IMG/VR virus record: IMGVR_UViG_3300010885_049871
Span: 1-64,000 of that record
Length of the DNA: 64,000 bases
Direction: 5' to 3' (one strand)
DNA from: a virus
Part shown: positions 8,602 to 17,808 of the stretch, in pieces
Position numbering within the stretch: the stretch's first letter is position 1
How the letters are laid out: each line of letters starts with the position of its first letter
Position numbers and translations under genes: made by a program
The notes under the pieces: generated by a model
Seen by the model: the letters and a program-made list of their open reading frames with translations, nothing else
Told to the model about the DNA's origin: nothing
The model's database searches: none

Positions 8602-10572
8602 ATGGCCCGCGGATATCAACTTACCCCAGAAGAACAAAAAGCATATGATGAGGCCAAGGCCGAAGGTGCAGTCAGCGCACGAGACCAGGCTGCTATAGAA
8701 AGTGGCCGAGCTGCACAAACATACAATCAATCCATTGCCAACCAAGGAGTAAGAGCTGGCGCAACACAAGTACCAGCACCTGCTGTTGCAGCACCGGCAC
8801 CGCCCAAGGCCAATGCAGTGGCCATTAAAAAAAGCAACATATCAGCAGTTGGGTTAGTAGATGCATTGAATACAGCCGAACAACAATTGGTTGCTGATGG
8901 CGTGTGGCAAGTGGCCAATGTATACCAAATTGAATTTGCTCCAAGAGCACTGGGCGATTCAAAAGTTACCAAGAACGGCACAGCCAACAAGGCCAAAGTT
9001 CCCATGCAACTAAGTACCAACCCAGCTGCTGATCTTGATCCAGCCACCAATTCTGTGTCATACAATGTTAGAACTTTTACTTACGCTGCTGGAACTCCAA
9101 TTGTTCGGATACTTGACGAAATATTAAAAAACAGCAGTTACATCACAGATCAAGCAGCTTATATGATTGATGAAGTGACACAGATAACCAAACCACAAAA
9201 ACCATTGGGCGATCTTGGGTGGTATAAAATTTCAGTATCAACTACACCAATAAAATATGATGAAAAAAGAAGAGATTTTGCATATAATATAACATATATA
9301 ATCAACACATATGGCATAAACAGCATGCTGAGCGAATATTTTCCAGCTGGCACTTTGCGTGGCCTGCACAAAAGTTACAAGTATTGGTTTACTGGACAGA
9401 ATACACAGGTGATACGATACGAGCAACAATTCAACTCGGCATATAAATTGACCTTTAGCAATCCTAAACTTTTAACCGATACCAAAGCATTGACCAACCA
9501 GTTGGCCCGAGAAGCTCCAACAATTGAATACCAAGCAGCAGTTGGCAGCAGTAGTATTCAAGGGGCCGAAGGAATAACCAACAGCATTGGCGCAAGTGCA
9601 GCTGATTATTTGTACAGTCCAAGTGATATTGCCTCAGTAAATCTTACCATTGTTGGAGATCCAGCGTGGTTACAACAAGGCGAGGCTGCGGCCGGAGTCA
9701 ACTCATTTAATTTTAATTTTAATCCTTTTAACCCCGATGGTGGAATCAATTATGACGCTCAAGAAATTATTTTTGACCTACAATGGAACACTGTAGCAGA
9801 TTACGATGTCAACGGCACTGGGCTGGCAAATCCAAATAAAACTCCCAGCACAACACAGGCATCTCAGACCTACACCTACACAGCTACCGAATGTACTAGC
9901 AAATTTAGCAAAGGCAAATTTGAACAAGACCTCAAAGGCAAATTATTTCAAATTACTGATCCAAGAACCACTCCACCTAGTGGCACCGTGAGTGACGGCT
10001 CAAGTGATCGTGCAGAAACAGCCAGACTCAAGCGACAAGGCAATGCCGCAGATCAAACAGCCGCTACTCAAGCAAGGACCGGAGTTGATTTGACCAACGC
10101 ATCAGCCGGCGGTGGCCGCGGCAACGGACAAGCACAATTGGCAGCCGAGCAGGCCCGCCTAGAATTTACTTCAAATGAAGGCGGCGCCGCATTTGGCAAC
10201 CCAAACATCACAGCACAAGGACGACGGGCAGGAGCCACACAGGAGTCGGTGGGTACACCAACTGTATTGCCTAGCCCAACTGTTACACAATTACAATCAA
10301 GTCCAACATACATAGCTGCAACACAATTGGGGGTTACGCCCACCGCCGCGTTACAAGACGCCAGAACCAATTTTGCAGCAACAGCCGGCGGTAGCCCTGT
10401 GGTCAGCAATGGACAGGCAATTGCTACTGGTACAGGAACTAGCCCACCAACTCTTACCGCTGCACAACGAGCCGAAGTACGCAATCGAGCTATTGCGCAA
10501 ACCAATCGCGAGCTTGCTGAAGAGTACCAACCATTAGTATCTCGCAATCAAAAAATTGCCAAAGACTATTAA
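8602..10572 (+). CDS. Putative baseplate hub protein (gp27-like), C-terminal part
   Basis: K.YKYWFTGQNTQVI..., L.IVGDPAWLQ, C.SKFSKGKFEQ.L typical of hub proteins upstream of gp5; low-complexity tail. Confidence 0.5.
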   Translation: MARGYQLTPEEQKAYDEAKAEGAVSARDQAAIESGRAAQTYNQSIANQGVRAGATQVPAPAVAAPAPPKANAVAIKKSNISAVGLVDALNTAEQQLVADGVWQVANVYQIEFAPRALGDSKVTKNGTANKAKVPMQLSTNPAADLDPATNSVSYNVRTFTYAAGTPIVRILDEILKNSSYITDQAAYMIDEVTQITKPQKPLGDLGWYKISVSTTPIKYDEKRRDFAYNITYIINTYGINSMLSEYFPAGTLRGLHKSYKYWFTGQNTQVIRYEQQFNSAYKLTFSNPKLLTDTKALTNQLAREAPTIEYQAAVGSSSIQGAEGITNSIGASAADYLYSPSDIASVNLTIVGDPAWLQQGEAAAGVNSFNFNFNPFNPDGGINYDAQEIIFDLQWNTVADYDVNGTGLANPNKTPSTTQASQTYTYTATECTSKFSKGKFEQDLKGKLFQITDPRTTPPSGTVSDGSSDRAETARLKRQGNAADQTAATQARTGVDLTNASAGGGRGNGQAQLAAEQARLEFTSNEGGAAFGNPNITAQGRRAGATQESVGTPTVLPSPTVTQLQSSPTYIAATQLGVTPTAALQDARTNFAATAGGSPVVSNGQAIATGTGTSPPTLTAAQRAEVRNRAIAQTNRELAEEYQPLVSRNQKIAKDY

Positions 10573-10581
10573 GGATTACAC

Positions 10582-12072
10582 ATGTCTGAAAATATACAAA
10601 GAAACAGTGGCGTAGCACCCAATTACAAATACGACCGCGGCGGAATGAAGGCGGACTTTGGTCCGTTTGTCGGAGTGGTAAAAAATAACATTGACCCAAC
10701 TAGACAAGGACGGTTAGAAGTTCTCATTGAGCAGTTTGATGGCATACGCACTGTGAGTTATGCATCTCCGTTCTACGGATCAACGCCACCGCAGCCCGGT
10801 AAAAAAGGTGATACCAGTGCGGTAGGAGGATACCTGGACGGGAATCCACAGAGCTATGGCATGTGGTTCACACCTCCAGATATTGGAGTAAGTGTGTTGT
10901 GTTTCTTTGCCGGCGGCGATCCAAACTTGGGTTACTACATGGGTTGTATTCCAGTACAAGGCATGACACACATGATCCCAGCCATTGGATCCAGCACAAA
11001 TTTTGATTTACAAAACAGCGATCAAAAAAGCTACTACCTGGGTGCAACTGTATTGCCGGTGACAGAAATTAATCCAAACAATGCAAAGATAGACAGCAAC
11101 CCACAATTCTTTAACCAACCAAAACCTGTACACAGCTTTATAGCAGCTGAAATGTTTCAGCAAGGCACACTGGCTGATCCAATGCGAGGTCCTATCAGTT
11201 CAACCAGTCAGCGAGAAAGTCCCAGTGCTGTGTTTGGTATCAGCACTCCAGGTCGTGCAGTGTACCAAGGTGGGTTTTCCGAAACTGATATACAACAACG
11301 CATTGCAGCCAGAACTATCAATGCCACAGATGTAAATGTGATTGGTCGTCGCGGTGGCCACAGCATTGTGATGGATGATGGCAATATCAACAACAAAGAC
11401 AATCTTGTGCGTGTTCGTACAGCTGGTGGCCACCAGATCACAATGAGTGACGACGGCAACTTTTTATACATCATTCATGCCAATGGACAAACTTGGTTAG
11501 AGATGGGGCAAGAAGGTACACTTGATGTGTATGCTACCAATTCAGTCAATGTTCGCACACAAGGAACAATTAATCTTCATGCAGACAAAGACATCAACAT
11601 GTTTGCTGGTGCTCGGATCAATATGAAAAGCATGGAAGGCACAACTGTGGAATCTGAAAAGAAATTGACATTTTACAGCACAGAAGAAACCGTTCTGTAC
11701 AGCAAAGCTCGTATTGCTGTCAAGGCCGATGGCAGTCTAGCACTGGCCAGCAACAACGGATCATGGAACGCTGGGGGTGCTATGGTATTGCAAGCCGGCG
11801 GCATTGATCTCAATGGCGGTTCTGCAGAAAATGTAGATGCACCCAAGAAGTTGGAAAAATATGTAATGCCCGAAACAGAATTTAACAACGCCACTGGTTG
11901 GCAAATTTCTTCTTCAGGATTAGAAAGCATTGTGACTCGAGCTCCTACACACGAACCATGGCCGTTTCACAATCAAGGTGTCAGTGTAGAAGTGCCAATG
12001 GAGCCGGGCCAACCGACCACTCCGCCAAATACTCCGTCACTGCCTGCAGGATTTACAGGAACAGTATCATAA
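10582..12072 (+). CDS. gp5: Baseplate central spike, gp5/VgrG-like
   Basis: OB-fold-type N-terminus (GVVKNNIDPTRQGRLEV; SYGMWFTPPDIG..VL.FF.GD), RTAGGHQI.M.D, beta-helix-like repeats, C-terminal RAPTHEPWP.H. Confidence 0.75.
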   Translation: MSENIQRNSGVAPNYKYDRGGMKADFGPFVGVVKNNIDPTRQGRLEVLIEQFDGIRTVSYASPFYGSTPPQPGKKGDTSAVGGYLDGNPQSYGMWFTPPDIGVSVLCFFAGGDPNLGYYMGCIPVQGMTHMIPAIGSSTNFDLQNSDQKSYYLGATVLPVTEINPNNAKIDSNPQFFNQPKPVHSFIAAEMFQQGTLADPMRGPISSTSQRESPSAVFGISTPGRAVYQGGFSETDIQQRIAARTINATDVNVIGRRGGHSIVMDDGNINNKDNLVRVRTAGGHQITMSDDGNFLYIIHANGQTWLEMGQEGTLDVYATNSVNVRTQGTINLHADKDINMFAGARINMKSMEGTTVESEKKLTFYSTEETVLYSKARIAVKADGSLALASNNGSWNAGGAMVLQAGGIDLNGGSAENVDAPKKLEKYVMPETEFNNATGWQISSSGLESIVTRAPTHEPWPFHNQGVSVEVPMEPGQPTTPPNTPSLPAGFTGTVS

Positions 12073-12073
12073 C

Positions 12074-12601
12074 ATGGCTAAATTTACTTTTGATCTTCCC
12101 AATGGATTGTTGTTTACATTAGAAGCTCCTGCTGGAACCACTGCATTTGAAGCTGAACGAGTTTATCTTGAACAGTTAGCAGCTGGTGTATTTGTTGGTT
12201 TAAAATCTGGCGACACCTTGCAGACGCCGACCACAACCGGTGTTCAATTTTCGCTGTCACGTCTTGACAGAGAAACAGCCGGCGTTCCGGATGTTCCGTT
12301 GCTGGCCATTTACGGTGACGCAATAGTTTCATCGTTGCCTGCATTGAGAGATGTGCCAATCAACAATGGCATCACAGTGTCTGATTATGTGGATACAGCA
12401 GTGGTAACTGCGTCAATAGGCCCGTTGACTCCGACGAATGTACAAGCAATCATGGCAGCAGTTGCTGCAAGTGTATGCCAACCAGCCGATGTTATGACAA
12501 ATGAACTGGGCGTGGGCAAGTATGGGTTCAATGCAGAGCAGTTGGAAGCAGCCGGATATTTAAAACCCGGAACAGCCGCAAGATTTTTACAAGGACCATA
12601 A
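12074..12601 (+). CDS. Hypothetical virion protein; C-terminus resembles the first half of a lysozyme-like domain
   Basis: GVGKYGFNAEQLEAAGYLKPG at the C-terminus; co-oriented in the baseplate operon. Confidence 0.5.
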   Translation: MAKFTFDLPNGLLFTLEAPAGTTAFEAERVYLEQLAAGVFVGLKSGDTLQTPTTTGVQFSLSRLDRETAGVPDVPLLAIYGDAIVSSLPALRDVPINNGITVSDYVDTAVVTASIGPLTPTNVQAIMAAVAASVCQPADVMTNELGVGKYGFNAEQLEAAGYLKPGTAARFLQGP

Positions 12602-13944
12602 TGGCTACTTTACCAAATATTCCTGGGTTACCTAACTTACCAGCCTTTACGGGCATCCCTAATCCAAGCAACTTCACCAGTGTGTTGAGCAGTCCCAGTG
12701 TATGGACCGGCAAAGACGGTGTAGCCGGAGTAAATGCTTTGCTGTCAAATCCAGCACTGCAAGACAAAGTTCAATTTGGGCTTATGAAATCCAGTTTTGA
12801 TACACTGGTCGAAACTGGCCAGATCAAAACACCCGGTGCTAATCTAACTCCGCCAATTGGCCAACTGTATGATGCTGCTGCTAATTTTGGCAAAAATTTA
12901 ATATCAGCATCTGCTGGATTGGTACGGGCACCAGAAGCATTGAGCAAACTATCTACCGGTGGATTAGAAAGTTCATTATCCTCGCTGGAATCTAAATTGT
13001 CAGGTATTGCTGGCAGTGTAAAATCAGCAGTGAGTGGTGGTATTGACGGCATTGGCAGCATTGGTAGCAGCATTGGCAGTAGTTTAAAAGGTGGCGCCGC
13101 CGGCATCAGCGCAAGCATCACTTCAGCAGTCAATGCATTAAATGATCCCAATGCTCCACCCTACACCGGCAATGATCCAATTATAAGAGCACGACTGGGT
13201 CTGCCTGCAATAACTCAAGCAGGAGCTGATGTATTGGGTGGCACCAGCGCTGCTATTGCGGCCAACAAAGGAATAGCAGACCTTGGAGGGCTGTTGGCAA
13301 ATTCTAGCAAATTTGGAGTTGGTACTGCCACTGCCTGGGCCAAAGGAATTGAAAGTTCAGCTGGCGCAGCAGGGTTAGATGTAAGCAGTGCAGAAGGTGT
13401 TGCCAGCAGTCTCAAAGGCCTGGCAAGCGGATTTGAAAGTTCGGTCAGTGGTTTCTCAAAATCCAGCGGTATCACTGGCACCATTGGAAATCTAGGAAGT
13501 TTAAAAAGTGCCGCCACCGACTTTGCTGCAAAAGCAGAAGCATTAAAGCCACAGATGGATTCATTGGCCAAACAAGGACAATTTGCTGTTAATTTTAGTG
13601 ATTTCAAATTACCTGCTGCGGTAGCAGGTGTTATTCCAGCTGCTGGGTTCAAAGGCACAGTGGATAGAGCAACATTGAATTCAGCAGTTGGTAAGCTAGT
13701 TGGTAGTAGCAAAATACCTGCACAGCTTTTTAGTCCACAGGCAGTTGATATTGCCGCGTTAGAAGCCGCCGCCCTACAAGCAAAAGCAGCACTTAATGGA
13801 AGCATCCCCGGCGGCATCAGTGGCTTTGCAAGAAACTCTGATGCGTTTGTTAAATCATTAGGAGATCCCAATGCTCCGCCCTACACTGGAGATGATCCAA
13901 TTATTAGACAACGATTGGGATTACCTCCAATACAGACCGCTTAA
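12601..13944 (+). CDS. Gly/Ser/Ala-rich hypothetical virion protein
   Basis: N-terminal VWTGKDGV...LL.NP.LQD.VQ; duplicated DPNAPPYTG[ND]DPIIR.RLGLP motif; TAATG coupling. Confidence 0.55.
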   Translation: MATLPNIPGLPNLPAFTGIPNPSNFTSVLSSPSVWTGKDGVAGVNALLSNPALQDKVQFGLMKSSFDTLVETGQIKTPGANLTPPIGQLYDAAANFGKNLISASAGLVRAPEALSKLSTGGLESSLSSLESKLSGIAGSVKSAVSGGIDGIGSIGSSIGSSLKGGAAGISASITSAVNALNDPNAPPYTGNDPIIRARLGLPAITQAGADVLGGTSAAIAANKGIADLGGLLANSSKFGVGTATAWAKGIESSAGAAGLDVSSAEGVASSLKGLASGFESSVSGFSKSSGITGTIGNLGSLKSAATDFAAKAEALKPQMDSLAKQGQFAVNFSDFKLPAAVAGVIPAAGFKGTVDRATLNSAVGKLVGSSKIPAQLFSPQAVDIAALEAAALQAKAALNGSIPGGISGFARNSDAFVKSLGDPNAPPYTGDDPIIRQRLGLPPIQTA

Positions 13945-13949
13945 CGGAG

Positions 13950-13955
13950 TAAATA
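13950..13955 (+). promoter_or_regulatory. Late promoter core TAAATA
   Basis: TAAATA 4 nt upstream of the gp25 ATG. Confidence 0.5.
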
Positions 13956-13959
13956 CAGC

Positions 13960-14334
13960 ATGACAACATTTGTAGGATTCAACACAATAGGACAAACAAA
14001 GAAATTTACATTGGTAGATTTTGAATTGGTCAAACGCGATCTGCTGAATGCTCTTAACATTCAACAAGGACAACTGCCAGGTCGCCCAGGATATGGCACC
14101 TTGATATACAGTTACATATTTGAAAATCAAACACAAGACACTGAACGAGCCATACTGGCAGAAATACAGCGTGTGGCCAGTTTAGATCCAAGAATTTTTA
14201 TTCAGTCAGCTGCTATGTTTCCACAAGAAAACGGCATACTGGTCGAGCTACAAGTGATGATGGTACCAGGACAAACAACTGAATTTTTAAGTGTGTATTT
14301 TGATCAACAAACCGCCAGTGCAAGTTACGCATAG
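13960..14334 (+). CDS. gp25: Baseplate wedge protein gp25-like
   Basis: L.D.ELVKRDLLN.LNI..G..PG.P.YGT.I..YIFE...I......DPR; directly upstream of gp6. Confidence 0.85.
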   Translation: MTTFVGFNTIGQTKKFTLVDFELVKRDLLNALNIQQGQLPGRPGYGTLIYSYIFENQTQDTERAILAEIQRVASLDPRIFIQSAAMFPQENGILVELQVMMVPGQTTEFLSVYFDQQTASASYA

Positions 14335-14343
14335 TACCCACAC

Positions 14344-14375
14344 ATAAACTGGGCGGTTTATTATCTCCATAAATA
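14344..14375 (+). promoter_or_regulatory. Late promoter TAAATA with upstream inverted repeat
   Basis: ATAAAC-TGGGCG-GTTTAT inverted repeat (14344-14361), then TAAATA at 14370-14375 upstream of gp6. Confidence 0.6.
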
Positions 14376-14394
14376 ATCTACAAGATGGATTATT

Positions 14395-17300
14395 ATGGCA
14401 AAAACTACTAGACAAACCGCAGTATTTGGTGTTGAGGATTGGAAAAGAATCTACCAAACTTACCGCGAAGCCGACTTCCAAAGTTATGACTTTGAGACTC
14501 TGCGCAAGAGTTTTGTTGACTATGTACGATTGTACTACCCGGAAACATTCAATGACTACATTGAGTCATCAGAATTTATTGCCATACTGGATGTGATGGC
14601 TTTTATGGGCCAGTCATTGGCCTTCCGCACAGACTTAAACACCCGCGAAAACTATTTAGACACTGCTGAACGCCGTGACAGTGTGGTTCGTCTGGCCAAT
14701 TTGGTAAGTTACACCCCCAAACGCAACACCGAAGCAAACGGATATCTCAAGGTGTTTTCCATACAAACAACAGAAAATGTTGTGGACTACAACGGCATCA
14801 ATCTGGCCAACATCACTGTCAACTGGGCTGACCCTACAAATTTTGATTGGCAAGAACAGTTCAACGCCATTATTAATTCTTCATTGATAAACACTCAGCG
14901 AGTTGGTCGTCCCGGTAATAGAACCATAATTCAAGGCATTCGCACTGATGAATACACAGTTAATTTAGTTCCAGGTTTTCTGCCAGTGCTGCCTTACAGC
15001 GCAGTGGTAGACGGTGTCAACATGCCATTTGAAGCTGTCAGCGCCACTGCCACTGGACTGCCCACCGGTGTTGAATATGTTTACGAACCAAGTCCAGTTC
15101 CCAACGGACAATTTGGTATGTTGTTCCGCAACGACCAACTGGGTTTTGCATCAGCCAATACCGGATTCTTTTTCCTATTCAAACAAGGCGTGTTGCAAAA
15201 TCAAGATTTTAACCTGGCTGAGCGCATTGCAAACCGATCAGTCAATATCAATATTGAAGGTGTCAACAACACCGACCGTTGGTTATATCAATTGGACAAT
15301 GTGGGCAACATTGCTCGTGAATGGGCGTTTGTTGAAAGTGTATACACAGCAGCAGCTGAACAACAGAGCGGCCTACGACCATTGTATTCGGTCACCAGCA
15401 GAGCCAGCGATCAAATCACATTGAACTTTGGTGATGGCGTGTTCTCAGAAATTCCAGTGGGATTTTTCCGTGCATATGTTCGTGCATCAAATGGATTGCA
15501 ATACATCATCAATCCAGAAGAAATGCAAAGTGTAATACTGAGCATTGCTTACATCAGCCGTACTGGCCAGAATGAAACATTGACAATCACCTGTGGTATT
15601 ACAGAGCCAGTGAGTAATGCATTGGCCCGTGAAAGCATTGACGAAATTAAACAACGAGCTCCGGCCCGTTACTACACACAAAATCGCATGGTCAACGGCG
15701 AAGACTACAACAACTTTCCGTTCACTCAGTACAATTCAATTATTAAATCCAAAGCACTAAACCGTGCTTCAATCGGCACTAGCCGATATCTTGATTTGGT
15801 TGACAACACCGGCAAGTACAGCAGCACCAACACATTCGGCAGCGATGGTGCATTGTACAAATCAAATGATTTGCCAACATTTTTATTCAGTTGGTTAACA
15901 ACCAATGACATCAGTGATATATTGACCAATCGGGTTGAACCAATATTGTCAACAGAAGCCATAACACAATTTTACTATGCAAACTATCCAAGACCGTCAT
16001 TGACACCACTGGCAGTAAGTTGGAACCAAAGCACAACACTGGCAAATGAAACCACTGGGTATTTTAAAAATGCAGCCGGCAGTCCTGTTTCCGTAGGAAT
16101 CTATGCCAGTAACAACATGAAATATGTACAAGTTGGCAGCTTAATTAAATTTAGAGCGCCAACCGGCTATTATTTTGATGCCAACAACAGATTGGTATTA
16201 GGGATTCCTACCAGAGCCGACGAAAAATTAACTATATGGGCATCGGCCACAGCAGTATATATTGACGGAACAAACCAAGGTCTTGGCAATTTTACCAATG
16301 GGCTAGGCCCGGTGGTACTGAACAACTATGTGCCTACCAACTCTCAATGTGTTGAAGTAATTCCATTATTCATAACCGATCTAGGCACAACTGTTAGGCA
16401 AAATGCGCTGTCTCAAATTGAATTGTATCGCAATTTTGGTCTTGGCTACAATAACTTAACCAGCACATGGTATGTAATCACTGCCAGTAATCTTGCAGTT
16501 GATGCCGCCTGGAGCGAATCCTATGCTGGTGATACATCAGGTGCAAATCTAGATGCCAGCTGGGTTGTGCAATTTGTCACCAATGGAGAATCATACCAAG
16601 TGACTACTAGAGCATTGAATTACTATTTTGGCAGTGTGCTTGAAACAAGATTCTTTTTTTATGGCGACGAACAAATTTATGACAGCCGCACAGGAACTGT
16701 CATTCGCGACTTTGTAAGAGTATTAAAAACAAACAGTCGCCCTGACTCTAATTTGCCACTTGACAGTGACATCTCAATGCGCATCATTGGGCAGCCTGTG
16801 CAACCTGACGGTTATGTGGATGATTATCAAGTGTTGGTATCTTGGCAAGATAGAGATGCCGACGGCGTGCCAGACAATCCAGATTTCTTTGACGAAATTG
16901 TTGCACCAGCAGTGAACCCCGATACCAAATTGGTGTTCTTTCAACGCATTGTGGATTTTGATAATCTTGAACGCTATGTGCTGGTAGACGCTGGCATAGT
17001 AAACGATCAATACGCAACATTGGATGATATCACTTTAGTAAAATCACAATACATCATTGGCCAGGTATTTTATGCCTATACTGATGGAGTATTTTATAGT
17101 TTGACATTAAACACAACCGGAACAACTTCTTTGGTAGTGGTCAATGATTACCAAAGCCGTGTTGGCCGTCAAGATTTATATTATCAATATCGTCACAACA
17201 GTGCCTTGACCAATCGCATTGACCCGGGCTCAACAAACATTATTGATTTGTATGTGGCCACACAAGATTACTACACTGCTTATAGAAATTACATTGTGGA

Positions 17301-17808
17301 TTCTACCAACACAATACCAGCACCTGTACCGCCCACAATTGATGCACTAAGTACAGAGTATGCAGGATTACAAAATTATAAAATGATTTCTGACAATGTA
17401 ATTGTAAACCCAGTTCGGTTTAAACCATTGTTTGGCGCCAAAGCAGCAGAACAATTACGAGCAACCATCAAAGTTATTCGTGCCAGCAACTCAACTGCAT
17501 CGGTCAGTGAGATCAAAAGCAATGTGGTTGCCAACTTAGATGCATATTTTGCAATTGCAAATTGGGATTTTGGTGATACATTTTACTTTTCAGAACTGTC
17601 AGCCTACCTGCATCAACAGTTGGGTGATATAGTGAGTTCGGTGGTACTGGTTCCGGTCAGCCCACAAAAGAGTTTTGGCGATTTATACGAGATTAGATCT
17701 GCACCTAATGAAATTTTTGTCAATGCAGCCACTGTGGCCGACATTGTGGTGATTGAAGCACTGACCAGTACCAATCTTAGAACTGCCCCAGGCAGCGGAG
17801 TAATTTAA
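14395..17808 (+). CDS. gp6: Baseplate wedge protein gp6-like
   Basis: DF.SYDFETLR...FNDYIESSE...LD..A..G..L.FR.D....E.YL.TA.RR.SV..LA..V.Y.PKR; FGDG.F; ES.DEIK..AP..Y.TQNRMV..EDY; WDFGDTFYFSEL. Confidence 0.88.
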   Translation: MAKTTRQTAVFGVEDWKRIYQTYREADFQSYDFETLRKSFVDYVRLYYPETFNDYIESSEFIAILDVMAFMGQSLAFRTDLNTRENYLDTAERRDSVVRLANLVSYTPKRNTEANGYLKVFSIQTTENVVDYNGINLANITVNWADPTNFDWQEQFNAIINSSLINTQRVGRPGNRTIIQGIRTDEYTVNLVPGFLPVLPYSAVVDGVNMPFEAVSATATGLPTGVEYVYEPSPVPNGQFGMLFRNDQLGFASANTGFFFLFKQGVLQNQDFNLAERIANRSVNINIEGVNNTDRWLYQLDNVGNIAREWAFVESVYTAAAEQQSGLRPLYSVTSRASDQITLNFGDGVFSEIPVGFFRAYVRASNGLQYIINPEEMQSVILSIAYISRTGQNETLTITCGITEPVSNALARESIDEIKQRAPARYYTQNRMVNGEDYNNFPFTQYNSIIKSKALNRASIGTSRYLDLVDNTGKYSSTNTFGSDGALYKSNDLPTFLFSWLTTNDISDILTNRVEPILSTEAITQFYYANYPRPSLTPLAVSWNQSTTLANETTGYFKNAAGSPVSVGIYASNNMKYVQVGSLIKFRAPTGYYFDANNRLVLGIPTRADEKLTIWASATAVYIDGTNQGLGNFTNGLGPVVLNNYVPTNSQCVEVIPLFITDLGTTVRQNALSQIELYRNFGLGYNNLTSTWYVITASNLAVDAAWSESYAGDTSGANLDASWVVQFVTNGESYQVTTRALNYYFGSVLETRFFFYGDEQIYDSRTGTVIRDFVRVLKTNSRPDSNLPLDSDISMRIIGQPVQPDGYVDDYQVLVSWQDRDADGVPDNPDFFDEIVAPAVNPDTKLVFFQRIVDFDNLERYVLVDAGIVNDQYATLDDITLVKSQYIIGQVFYAYTDGVFYSLTLNTTGTTSLVVVNDYQSRVGRQDLYYQYRHNSALTNRIDPGSTNIIDLYVATQDYYTAYRNYIVDSTNTIPAPVPPTIDALSTEYAGLQNYKMISDNVIVNPVRFKPLFGAKAAEQLRATIKVIRASNSTASVSEIKSNVVANLDAYFAIANWDFGDTFYFSELSAYLHQQLGDIVSSVVLVPVSPQKSFGDLYEIRSAPNEIFVNAATVADIVVIEALTSTNLRTAPGSGVI

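Noticed and set aside
13215-13871. Long antisense ORFs (e.g. 13215-13871, 5538-6020, 59418-60047)
   Set aside because: Shadows of low-complexity or repetitive sense genes with no recognisable motifs.
4701-17808. Bacterial T6SS / eCIS locus
   Set aside because: Adjacent gp46/47/55, T4-type late promoters and tail-fibre genes indicate a phage.
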